A DNA stretch of 64,000 nucleotides, from the NCBI GenBank assembly GCA_976551045.1, contig CDPCPM010000247.1, positions 186,001 to 250,000 on the forward strand, in the 5' to 3' direction. Of this stretch, positions 13,499 to 25,842 are shown in pieces (positions within the stretch are counted from its first letter, which is position 1; the number at the start of each line of letters is the position of its first letter). Position numbers and translations under genes: made by a program. A model generated the notes under the pieces. It saw nothing but the letters and a program-made list of their open reading frames with translations. It had not been told where the DNA came from and searched no databases. The stretch comes from Glaucostegus cemiculus. Its lineage: Eukaryota.

Positions 13499-14038
13499 AG
13501 AACATAGAACAGTACAGCACAGAACAGCCCTTCAGCCCACAATGTTGTGCCAACATTGCTGATCCCTATGTACAGAATGCCCATATTTCTATTTTCTTGT
13601 CATTCATGTGCCCATCCAAGCCCCTCTTAAAAGCCCCCAATGAATTTTCCTCCACCACCCTATCAGGCAACGCATTCCAGGCATCCACCACTGAGTAAAA
13701 AATGTACTCCTTACGTCTGTTCTTAACCTACCTCCTCTCACCTTAAATGCATGCCTTCTGGTATTGGATCGCTCAATAATGAGAAAAGATATTGCTTGTC
13801 CACCCTATCTATGCCCCTCATAATTTTATACACTTCCAACAGATCACTCCTTGGCCTCCACGCTCCACAGAAAATAGCCCAAATTTGTCCAGCCTCTCCA
13901 GATAGCACATGCCCTCTAATCTAGGCAGCATCCTAGTAAACCTCCTTTGCACCCTCTCTAAAGCCTCGACATCCTTCCTATAGTGAGGTGACCAGAATTG
14001 CATGCAATACTCCAAATGCAGCCAAACCAGAGTTCTAG
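13499..14038 (-). mobile_element. CR1 LINE 3' fragment
   Basis: HLEYCMQFWSPHYRKDVEALERVQRRFTRMLP; same 3' tail. Confidence 0.92.
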
Positions 14039-14299
14039 ACAGGTTCCCTTCTTCAAAAACTCTATCACATATATAAGACACAACATTTTCTTTCATAAAA
14101 CCATGCTGACTCTGCCTAGCTCATATGGACAATGCCAACAATGGATCAGGCTAACTGGTCCATAAGTCACTACTTTTTCCTCCCTCATTAGATAGCAGTG
14201 TTACATTTGCAAAGATTCAAACAGCTGTCGAGCTTACAAAATGTAAGGAATTTTGTAACATCATGACTAATATGTCTATTATCTCTTCATTCATCACAT

Positions 14300-15850
14300 G
14301 CAGGCTAGTCTAATGAGAAAAGGTAGGGCAGGTTAGACTTGTATCCACTGAAGCTTAGAAAAGTAAGAGGATTGGATTGGAACATATATAATTCTGAAAG
14401 GTTGTGACAGGTGTATGTGGAGAAGATGTTTGCTCTTGTAGGTGAACCTAGAACTTGGGGTTACTGTTTAAAAATAAGAGATCACCCATTTAAGACTGAT
14501 ACAAGGCAAATTTTTAAAATATCTTTGAGTGTTGTGAGTCTTTTGAACTTCCTCAAATGGTGAGTAAAAAACGTTTGAGTATTTTTAAGGCAGAGATAGA
14601 TTTTACTTTAATAAGCAAGGGGACAGTAATGAGGCATTCAGGTTACAGTCAGATTAGCCCGGTTCTTATTGAATAGTGGAGCGGGTTTGAGGGGCAATAG
14701 TCTACTCCTGCTTCTAATCTGTAAGTGCATGTCCACGGTGTTGTTTTAATTGCTATTCATTTCTTTCATACTTCCTCTTTAGTAATATTAACTTTCTCAC
14801 ATTCATTGCACCCTTGATTCCATTCCTGCTATATTTAGTTTGTCTTCTGCAGAATTATACCATCTCTTTATTCCCCATCAAAAGAAATTGATAAAACAAA
14901 GTATAACGTGGGATTACCCTAAGAAGAAAAAACAGATTGTAAAAGTTTCAATAGATGTATAAACATGAACAGATTACCAGAAATTAATCTATGTCCTTTG
15001 TTGACTGAGACAAGAGAAATTATATTGGGGAATAAAGAAATGGGAAAAGGAGAAATATTGTGTGTTTGCCTTCATGGAGAAAATACAGAAATAAAAACTA
15101 GTAATGGTGAACAGCAGGTTGAGGGTGAATGAAGAGCAGAAAGAAATTAGCATTAATAAAATACATTATTGGAAAAGCTTATGAGACTGTAAGCCAATAA
15201 ATCCCCAGGACCTGATGCCCCACTTCCCAAGACTTTGAAAGAAGTGGGAATAAAAACAGTGGATTTTTCAAAAATTCTATTGATTCTGAATTAAAGAAAT
15301 GTAATCCTACTGTTTAAGAAAGGAGAGAAAGAGAGAACAGGCCATTCAGCCTGGCATCAGTAGAAGGAAAAATGCAGGAATCAATTAGTAAGTGATACTT
15401 AGAAAATAATGATAAATTTAAGGAAAGTCAACCTGGATTTATGAAAGAGAAACTATGCTTGCAAATCTATTAAGGGTTTTTGAGGTTGTAACAAATGGAA
15501 TAAATAAGGAAGAACCAATGCATATGGTGGCTTTGGACATTCAGAAATCCATTGATAAGCTGCTATTGTTAAACAAAGTTACAGTGCATGGGATTAGGGG
15601 TAATATACTGGTGAGGACTGGGAATTTATTTTTTATAAAATATACTATAAACAGAGGGTAGGAAAAAATGGAACATTTTCAGATGATGATGCTGTGACTA
15701 GAGGGTTGCCATGCGGATTTTTGCTGGGGCCCTAACTGTTCATAATCTATATCAATGGTTTGTATGGGGGGGGGGGGGGGTGGCAAGTGTCATGAATCCA
15801 AGTTTGTCCATGATATAAATCTAGATGGCATTGTGGGCTGTGAGGAGAGT
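14300..15850 (+). mobile_element. Old degraded CR1 fragments (3' end and RT core)
   Basis: aaatccccaggacctgatg (KSPGPD), LANLLRVFEVVT..LDIQKSIDKL..VHGIRGNIL, and ggggccctaactgttcataatctatatcaatg (GP.LF.IYIN). Confidence 0.7.
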
Positions 15851-17036
15851 GCAAAGGGAAAGTATTCCACTAGTTGGAATCATACCTTGCACAAAGGTTG
15901 TTGAAAGTGAGTCAGTTATTCCAGCCCTACAATATCACTGCAGGAGAAACCTGAGGAATTATGCTAGGCCCAGCCACCTTCAGCTGCTTCATTAATAACC
16001 ATACATCCGTCATAACATCAGAAATGAGAATCTGTAACAATGCCTCCACAATATTCAGTTTAATTCACCTCAGCAAATGAAGCAGCCTATGCCAGCATGC
16101 AGAAAGGCACATCTGATTTCCCCTCTTTTTTTTGTACTAAGTTAGGATGTAGGAGATAAGAGTCTCATATCATATACATGTGCAGCCAGCACCTCTTTTG
16201 TGAATTCTTCAATTGACCCACATAAAAAATAGCATAATTCTGAAGAAAGAAATGCCAGGAGGAGGACTAACAGGTTTTCTGATCCTGATAAGAGAATCTG
16301 ATTCAACTGCTGGGCACAAGAGAGACCTTGTCCAGTTCAGGAGCCAAGGGCATGGCTACAATGGCAGTAAAGTTATTCCCTTATCACCTTCTACATCTGG
16401 ACTACCTATAGCCTCATTATTCTCAATAATCTCCCTGCTTCCTACAAAACAGTGAACCACTACACATCCTTTTCTTTTTACTAACATACTCAATACTTTT
16501 TAACAACAGTTTTTCACATCTTTTATGTGAATATTACCATAGCATCTTCACTCAATTTTCCACAAGTCTGTCACTAATACACTTCTTGCAGGCAAAGTTG
16601 CCATCGAACTCTATGCAGAGAAAGTGTCTAATATTCTCTGTACACTGTCCCTTTGAACAAACCATACTGGCTATCATGAGGATAAAGAAGGCCATGGTGA
16701 CTGTTAGTGCTGAAGGAGATGCTATACAGGATTTCTTCCTTTTACCTTTCTTATTTCTAGTTCAAGTTCCACATTTTGTATGACAAATGTCAGATGCTTT
16801 CAAACTGTCCAGCAACTATTCTATCTTCTCACAAAAGCTAAACCCTATCCTTGCTTCATTTATGGGTCCTGAAGCTGTTGAGCTACCTCTGCCAGAAGAA
16901 GTGGCCACCTCTCCTGGTTAGGTAGTATCATCTGAACTTATCCTCACAAGCTCCAACTCAAAGACTGCAAGGTCTGTGTACTTTAAAGGCAGCTCAAATT
17001 GATCTTAGTAACTACTGTTTCATCAGTGATGAAAAG

Positions 17037-17580
17037 GAATCATAGAACAATACAGCACAATACAGGCCCTTCAGCCCACCGTGTTGTGCCACCCTTCAAA
17101 CCCCATCTAAGACTATCTAACCCCTTCCTCCCACGTATCCCTCTATCTTAAATCTCTCCATATGCTTATCTAACAATCTCTTGAACTTGTCCAATGTATC
17201 AGCCTCCACCACCATCACAGGCAGCACATTCCATGTACCAACCACTCTCTGGGTGAAAAACCTCCCTCTGACATCTCCCTTGAACTTCCCACCCAATACC
17301 TTAAAGCCATGTCCTCTTGTTTTGAGCATCGGCGCCCTAGGAAAGAGGTGCTGGCTATTCACTCTATCTATTCCTCTCAATATCTTGTATACCTCTATCA
17401 TGTCTCCCCTTATCCTCCTCCTCTCCAAGAGAACAGCCCTAGCTTCTTTAGTCTTTCAACATAATCTGTACTCTCTAGTCCAGGCAGCATCCTGGTAAAT
17501 CTCCTCTGCATCTTCTCCAACGCCTCCACATCTTTCCTATAATGAGGCGACCAGAACTGGATACAGTACCTTAAGTGTGG
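17037..17580 (-). mobile_element. Relatively young CR1 LINE 3' fragment
   Basis: ERRRIRGDMIEVYKILRGIDRV..TRGHGFKV..RFFTQRVVGTWN is intact. Confidence 0.93.
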
Positions 17581-18046
17581 ATGAGCGTAGACTCACTTGG
17601 CATTCAAAGAGTGAAATCTCCTGTAACGGCGAAATGCCATTTTCATGCGTCCCACAGTGAACTAGGGTATTTCAGAGAGCAAATTGGCAGTTGTTGCATT
17701 TAACTGTTCAGTGCAGTGTTCAACAGATACTGTTCAATTTATGTCCAAATATCAGTGAACATCTTCCACTTTGTTATTCTTCCAAAATGCCATTTAGAGT
17801 GACACTTGGAAGATATGTATTCAGCATTTTTCACTTGAGTATTTAGGAGAATAATCTTTTTGTAAAATTAATCAATCTATCTTGATTTTATTTTGGGCCA
17901 TTTTAATAAATTTCATATATTCTCTGAAAACTAATAATACCTCTACTTGTACACGTAGCATCACTAACTTCAGGATTTCATTTGAAATGCTCTTTGCATT
18001 AACATTAAAATATTAAGCTTTATAGTTTATCATATTCTCTGACCAG

Positions 18047-18362
18047 GTTTGACCAGGGCAGCAGAGTCTAAAACTAGAGGACATAGGTTTAAGGTGGGAG
18101 GAGAAATATTTAAAAGGGGCCTGAGGGGCAACTGTTTCACACAGAGGATGGTGGGTATACAGAACAACCTACTAAAGGAAGCTGTACAGGTGGGTATAAC
18201 TACAACATTTAAAAGACATTTGGACAGGTACAAGGATAGAAAAGGTTTACAGGGATATGGCCCAAACAAAGGCAAAAGGGGCTTGCTCAGGTAGACAACT
18301 TGGTCGGTGTGGACGAGTTGGGCTGAAGGGCCTGTTTCCATGCTGTATAACTCTATGACCTT
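18047..18362 (+). mobile_element. CR1 LINE 3' fragment
   Basis: SKTRGHRFKVGGEIFKRGLRGNCFTQRMV; tail gggcctgtttccatgctgtataactctatg. Confidence 0.9.
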
Positions 18363-18780
18363 ACATTGGTATATTAAATTCAAAAGTTTAAAAAATGCAC
18401 TATAATTTTAATTCATTTAATTGATTAACTTCAATTTAATTAAACTTTAACTGTCAATGAAAGTGTAAATGCCTAAGCATTTATCATCTGAGGTAGCTGA
18501 ATAGTACTGTACTTTTCAGAAGTCATATGAACCTTGCTTCAGGCTTTGATATTAATTACTCTATTATGCTAATAAAAAATATTGATTCATGGGTAATTAA
18601 AAAGTTGAATTCACCTTTTATAATTTTCCATGCAGCTAACATTCAGAGTCCGCTTGTAATAGATAATTTGGGTTCTCTTTAGATTGGACACCAGGCATAT
18701 GTTTTAAACTGGCACGGATAGTATCGGTGGGAATTTCAGTTTGTAATTATTTCAGCTTTCTTTTTTTTATTTAATCACAG

Positions 18781-21700
18781 CTTTCGATATTCGAAAATTG
18801 TCAGGCATGTTGAAGAAGCGTCAAATATTACAGCGAGTGTATCCAGTAAATGAGAAACTTGTGAATCCTTATTACAATAACGAACAAGTTCAGCATCCAT
18901 ATCATGAATTAGTATCAAATCCTTATCCCGAAGTAGTACTTTATCATGATTATGCCAATGTCAAACAAAGTTACACTCAACATTTTCCTGCAAAATCAGC
19001 TTATGCTTTTCATGAGAATGAAAAATTAAAAGAATCCAATCTGGAAGGAGCACATTACATGATGGAATCACTTCCTGATCATGAAACTGGTCCCATAATG
19101 GATGGTGAAATGGGCCCTGACAGAAATCATGATGTAGGACAAGGCAATCGTGCTAAGTTACCACCTAATCCTTCTTTAAAAGTAATATATTCTTCTCATT
19201 CTGATGCAGTACCTCAGCCTAATGCTGAAGAGGATACATTACTATATCATGAAATGGCACCTTCACTTTATCCTGAATTGAAGTTACCTTCTTCGCCTAC
19301 AGAGATAGCTCTGAGTTCTCCTGAAAAGGAAGCAGCACATAATCCTAAACTGGTACAACCACTTTCACCTGAGCAAGCATCACCGCCTTTGAAAGAATCA
19401 CCTCAGGCTTTCCCTAAAGTGGCACCAGCACCTAAACCGCCCCCTCGGTCGTCACCCAAGCTGGCCCCTCCGTCATCTGAATCACCCCCTCTGTCATCAC
19501 CCGAACCGGCCCCTCCATCGTCTGAATCACCCCCTCTGTCGTCACCCGAACTGGCCCCTCCGTCGTCTGAATCACCCCCTCTGTCGTCACCCGCACCGCC
19601 CCCTCCGTCGTCTGAATCGCCACCTCCGTCGTCACCCGAACCAGCCCCTCCGTCGTCACCCGAACCGCCGCCACCGTTGTCTGAATCGCCACCTCTGTCA
19701 TCACCCGAACCGGCCCCTCTGTCGTCACCCGCACCACCACCTCCATCGTCTGAATCACCCTCTCTGCCGTCACCCGAACCAGCCCCTCCGTCGTCTGAAT
19801 CGCCACCTCCGTCGTCACCCGAACCGGCCCCTCCGTCGTCTGAATCACCCCCTCCGTCGTCACCCGCACCGCCACCTCCGTCGTCTGAATCACCCCCTCC
19901 GTCATCACCCGAACTGGCCCCTCCGTCGTCACCCGAACCGGCCCCTCCGTCGTCTGAATCACCCCCTCCGTTGTCACCCGCACTGCCACCTCCGTTGTCG
20001 CCTGCACCGCCACCTCCGTCGTCACCCGCACTGCCACCTCCGTTGTCGCCTGCACCGCCACCTCCGTCGTCTGAATCACCCCCTCTGTCGTCATCCGAAC
20101 CGGCCCCACCGTCGTCTGAATCACCCCCTCCGTCGTCACCCGAACCGGCCCCTCTGTCGTCTGAATCACCCCCTCCGTCGTCACCCGAACCGGCCCCTCC
20201 GTCGTCACCCGAACCGGCCCCTCCGTCGTCACCCGAACCGGCCCCTCCGTCGTCTGAATCACCCCCTCTGTCGTCACCCGCACCGGCCCCTCCGTCGTCA
20301 CCATCTGAAGTGCCTCCTCTATCATCACGCGAAGTGCTTCCTCAGTCATCCATAGTGCCCCCATCATCAGCCGAACTGCCATCTACGTCACCACCCGAAC
20401 TGCCCCCTCAGTCACCTCCTGAAGCACCCCCCCTGTCATTAGCTGAACTGCCCCCTCCATCATTACCTGAAATGCCCCAATCACAACTCCCATCACCCCC
20501 TCCGTCACCAACTGAAGTGCCCCCTCCATCACTACCCAAAATGCCCCCTCCGTCATCAACTGAACAACCCCCTCCTTCACCACCCGAAGTGCCCCATCCG
20601 TCGTCAGCCGAACCGGCCCTTCCGTCGTCAGCCAAAGGGCCCTCTCCATCACGACCCGCATCGCCCCCCTCACCACCTGAAGCAGCTCCTCCGTCATCAC
20701 CCACACCATCTCCTCTTTCACCACTCGAAGTGCTCCCTCCATCACTGCCTGAACTGCCCCCTCTGTCGTCACGCGAAGTGCCCTCTCCGTCATCACCTGA
20801 AACATCCCCTCCATCTTCACCTGAAGCGCCCCCTCCACTTGAACTGCCATCTCCACCGTCATCTGAAATTCCATCTCCATCTGGAGTGCCACCACCCTCT
20901 TCACCTAGAATACCACTGCCATCCTCACCCAATGCGCCACTTCGACCTGCACCTGAAGTAGCAATGTTGCCATTATCTAATGTGACATCTCCTTCGGCAG
21001 AATCAGCCTCTCCACCTTTATTCACTGTACCACCTCCGCCCATGGCGGCACCTCCGCCTCCACCCCCACTCGTGGCGGCACCTCCACCTCCACCCGCACC
21101 TCCGCCTCCATTCACTGTGACACCTCCACTGGAGTTGCCATCCCCACCTTCACCCAATGTACCACCTCTGTCAGCACCTGAAGTGACATCTCATGACATT
21201 AAATCTCTGGCAGCGGCACCTCCACCCGCAGCGGCACCTCCACCTCCACCTCCACCCGCGGCGGCACCTCCACCTCCACCTCCACCCGCGGCGGCACCTC
21301 CACTGGAGTTGACATCCCCACCTTCACCCAATGTATCACCTTTGTCAGCACCTGAAGTGACATCTCATGACATTAAATCTCTGGCAGCGGCACCTCCACC
21401 TCCACCCGTGGCGGCACCTCCGCCTCCACTCACTGTGACGCCTACACTGGAGTTGCCATCCCCACCTTCACCCAATGTACCATCTTTGTCAGCACCTGAA
21501 GTGACATCTCATGACATTAAATCTCTGGCAGCAGCACCTCCACCCGCGGCAGCACCTCCGCCTCCACCTCCACCCGCGGCGGCACCTCCGCCTCCACCTC
21601 CACCCGCGGCGGCACCTCCGCCTCCACCTCCACCCGCGGCGGCGGCACCTCCATCTGTGGCAGCACCTCCTCCACCTTCATTCACTGTGACACCTACACT

Positions 21701-23795
21701 GGAGTTGCCATCCCCACCTTCACCCAATGTACCACCTCTGTCAGCACCTGAAGTGACATCTCATGACATTAAATCTCTGGCAGCAGCACCTCCACCCGCG
21801 GCAGCACCTCCGCCTCCACCCGCGGCGGCACCTCCACCCGCGGCGGCACCTCCGCCTCCACCTGTGGCGGCGGCACCTCCATCTGTGGCAGCACCTCCTC
21901 CACCTTCATTCACTGTGACACCTACACTGGAGTTGCCATCCCCACCTTCACCCAATGTACCACCTCTGTCAGCACCTGAAGTGACATCTCATGACATTAA
22001 ATCTCTGGCTGATCCCAAAATAATACCAGAATTAGTGCATCCCCAACTAGAACCAGTCCCTTTGGTAGGAACTCCACCCTCATCTCAAATGGCATCTCTG
22101 ACAGTAACCGAGGTAGCATCTCCTCCCTCATTTGAATTACCTCTCCTTTATTCTAAAATGAATCCTCTTCATTCTCCTGAAGCAGCAATTCTGCCTTCTC
22201 CTACAGTGGTGCCTCCACCACCATCCGCAGTGGCACCTCTGTCTTCTTCTGAAGTGCCTCCTTCACCAGGGCCTGATGTGACACCTCCATCATCAGTTGG
22301 AGGAGCATGTCCATTATCACCTGAGGTGCCATCTCCACATTCACCTGATGGGGAACCTTCAACGACACCTAAAGTGTCATCACCACAATTACCCGAGGTG
22401 GCACCTCCATCGCCACCAGATGCAGCATCTCCCCCTTCCTCTGAAGGGGCACCTCTGGCATCACCTCCATCTTCACTCAATGCTTCTCTTCCACTATCAC
22501 CTAAAGTAGCACCTTTGCCATCAATCAATCTGGTATCTCCGCCCAAAGGGACATCTCCACCTTCACCCTTTGTGGCACCTTTGCCTTCACCTGAAAAAGT
22601 GCTTCCACCTTCACTTAAAGTGGTATCTTCAGCCTTGCCTGAAGGAGTGGCTCTGAGTTCTCATGAAGTGATGCCTCCATCTCTTTCTGAACTGATTTCC
22701 ATACGTTATCCTGAAGTGATGCCGCTACCTTATCCAGAAGTGATGTCCGCATCTCACCCCAAAGAAAAGTCTTCATCTGACCTTGAAGTGGAAACACAGC
22801 CAGTTCCTGAAGTAATGTCTCCAACTTTTCCTTCAAAAGGGCCTTCTGCTGAAACAGCATTTTTAACTAATCCTGAAGCAGTACCTCGGTCTTATTCTAA
22901 AATACGGTCACCACCTTATCCTGAAGTGGTATCTCAATTTTCTCCAGAAGCAGAATCCCCATCTTCTGCTAACATGGCACATTTGGAAAATCTTGAAATG
23001 GAATCTCCTTCTTACCAGGAAGTGATGTCTCCACCTAATCCAGAAGTAGCATCTCACCCTCAGTTTGAAATTATGTATCCAAGCAATTCTGCAATGATCT
23101 ATCAGCTAAATCCTGAAATACCCCCTCCACTGAATCCCGAGGCGACAACTCTGTCCGATCCTGATGGGGTAGCACAGCTTTATTCTGAAGTGGTACCTAT
23201 ATCTTATCCTAAAAGAATATCACCGCCCCTTCATTTTAACATGGAACGTAAACCATATTCCAGAAAGGAACGTCCAGGTTATCCTAGGATGGATCCTCCA
23301 ATGTATCCTAAAATGGAACCTCCACTGTATCCTAGAATAGAACCCTTCCCATATACTGGAATGGACTCACCACCTAATCCTGGATTGGAACATCCACTTT
23401 ATCCAGGAATGGAACCTCCACCTTATCCTGTTATGGTACCTCCACTGCATACCAAAATGGAACCTCCAGCTAACTCTAAAGGTAAACTTCCATCTTATCC
23501 CAAAGTTGGATCACATCCTGAAACTAAACATCCACTCAACCCTGAAGAGTTATCTCCAACTCACCCTGAAGTGGCAGCTCCATTATACCATGAAAAAGCA
23601 TATCCACATTTTTCTGCTATGAAACAAAAACTAGATGACTCTTATCCTAATCTCAGCATAAAGGTTGAATCTCATTCAGACACACCAGCCCAGCAATACA
23701 AACAATCCTGTCTACCTGGATGGACTCATTACAACTATCTATCATCTTGTTATCAGTTCTTCCCTAAGATGAAGGTAACCTGGTTAGAAGCTGAG
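18781..23795 (+). CDS. Giant 5,015-nt coding exon 2: Pro/Ser/Ala/Glu-rich repeat region plus start of the C-type lectin domain
   Basis: Polypyrimidine acceptor ttttttttatttaatcacag|18781. Uninterrupted frame (the 1687-aa ORF of the track) ending SCLPGWTHYNYLSSCYQFFPKMKVTWLEAE, a typical long-form CTLD start. Donor GAG|gtaagg at 23796. Confidence 0.93.
19440..20300 (+). repeat. Coding minisatellite, 21/24-nt units (SSESPPP / SSPEPAPP)
   Basis: Near-identical tandem units such as cctccgtcgtctgaatcaccc and cctccgtcgtcacccgaaccggcc. Confidence 0.95.
21110..22010 (+). repeat. Five copies of a ~90-100-nt coding block (LELPSPPSPNVPPLSAPEVTSHDIKSLA) separated by variable Ala/Pro microsatellites
   Basis: gaagtgacatctcatgacattaaatctctgg occurs five times (~21180, 21355, 21500, 21750, 21980). 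Confidence 0.95.
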
Positions 23796-25090
23796 GTAAG
23801 GCAAAATAATCCTGATATTTTCCTTTTGTTTAATGTGATGATTTTGGGGATGTTGTGTTGATATTGCTCTCATTACAAAGGAAGTATGCCTTTTATACCA
23901 ACTTCAATATTTATGATGAGGGTACTTGCACTTATAAGTAGAGTGTTCTGGAGTTTTGACCCATTGATAATGAAACAATGACAACAGTCATCAAATAAGA
24001 ATGATATGTGATACTGATGGGAATTTGAAAATGACCATCCTCCACTGTGTCAGTTCCTCTTGCCCTTGTAGGATATTAAAAGTCAGGGGTTTGGAGGTCA
24101 TCCTCTACCTCATCCTAGGATGAACCCTCTGCTCTATCTTACACTGGAACCTCCACCAAATCCTAGAATGGAATGTCTGCCATAAAATAGAATGGACTCT
24201 CCACCTTATGCTTGAATGGACTGCTGACCCAACCCTATAACAGAAACACTGCCTTTTTAAAGAATGGATTCTCTATCTTACTGACAATAGTTACGTTTCA
24301 GCAATATTGGAAGGAACAGATTTACAGGCTGAACATGATCACACAGATGCTTTGTCCAGAACGGTGTTGAGTTTTCTCAGTTGCTTCCATTCGGAAAAGT
24401 GAAAGATATTTCATCACACATCTGGCTTGCGGCATACTGATATTAGAAAATCCTTGGGAAGCATTAGGATGTGAGCCACTCAGTGATGAATTCCCTGACG
24501 TCTGACTTGCGCTGGTAGTTGCAGACTCTACAAGGTGGTCTGTTTGAGTTTCTGGTTTATGTTAATGTTGGGATATTTGACAATTATAATGGATATAAAT
24601 TGTCCCAAATTTCATTGACTCACGCAGCAAAAACAATAATGACAACACTTGGTGGAATGATAGGTATCAACATGCCATTGACATATTGGTAAGTTCTCAT
24701 ATTAGAGATTAATTTTAATCTTTATTTTGGTTTACAATTTCTCCAACAAAATTAGCATCACTATGAACAGAGAAGAATTAGAATGGTGAAAGGTACACTC
24801 AAGGTCCTGGTTTGTTTCCAGCTTGATTCATTTCAGTTAATTAATGCCATAAAAAAAGGTACTGAACTATTGGAACCACAGTATTATTGTAATTTCCCCT
24901 GCCATCTCTCCCCTTTCTCAAAGTCATAAAACATAATCATTTCAAAAGCCTTGCCTACTCTGTGCCATTTGTTGTGTATAAGCAACCTATTCAACCATGG
25001 GGGCTTCACTGTTCAACCCAATAGTACACAATAACCATACAAGTCGAGTTGCATCTGAATGTAGGAAAACAAAGTGCTACATGGATTTGT

Positions 25091-25842
25091 TCCAATCATT
25101 AATCCTCTGATTTAAGATCACAGGTATTGCAGGTTACATTTTATCTAAAATCTATCTGAACTATTCCTTATCAGATGGTGTTCAGCAGATTACTTGATGT
25201 AGCCGAGGCCACCTGAGGCTGTCTGAAAGGTGTTAAAATTTGGAGGTGTCATCACCTTAACATCTCCCAACATGTTAGGGCCCATGAACCCCAAGTTCAT
25301 GATATAACTTCTGTACATATTTCCTCTTCATCCACCACCCACAATTTCCTTGAAGATGCTACAAAGAAAATAGTGAGAAAAAACTTTAGAAAATTTTTGT
25401 CACAAGACAAAGATTCCACTCTGACCCCTGAAAGTGATCATAGTATTTAGTCTACAATACCTAACATCCATCTATCATGCTCAGAAACTACAGAACTGCT
25501 TTCTGACTCTTTTCAAAGAAAGGAGCAACAGACTGGCCCAGAAATCTAGGCAAAAAAAATCCTTCTAATCCTGGTCAAAGACAAGACAATGCTTCCACAA
25601 GACATGCTGTGGAGATCTCATAGAAGCTGGGCAAAGACTTGGGGTTCATGGGCCCTAACATGTTGGGAGATGTTAAGGTGATGACACCTCCAAATTTTAA
25701 CACCTTTCAGACAGCCTCAGGTGGCCTCAGCTACATCAAGTAATCTGCTGGACACTATCCGATAAGGAATAGTTCAGATAGACTTCAGATCAAGTGTAAT
25801 CTGCAATACTCGCGGTCTTAAATCAAAGGATTAATGATTGGA
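25091..25842. repeat. Long inverted repeat: arms 25091-25296 and 25637-25842, 340-bp spacer; possible non-autonomous DNA element
   Basis: Manual alignment: 206-bp arms, no indels, 14 mismatches. Flanked by ggatttgt (25083-25090) and ggatatgt (25843-25850). Confidence 0.9.

Noticed and set aside
15766-15780. Poly-G run (also ~32449 and poly-C at ~27944)
   Set aside because: Simple homopolymer slippage, two of them inside old repeats; no evidence of function.
19432-22546. Long antisense ORFs (316 aa VTTEGPVR repeats, Gly-rich ORFs)
   Set aside because: Mirror images of the Pro-rich sense repeat, which lacks stops on the opposite strand; no independent splice or start evidence.
23796-23861. 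Hydrophobic tail of the 1687-aa ORF (DIFLLFNVMILGMLC) as a membrane anchor
   Set aside because: Read-through past a consensus donor (GAG|gtaagg); the CTLD continues in the downstream exons.
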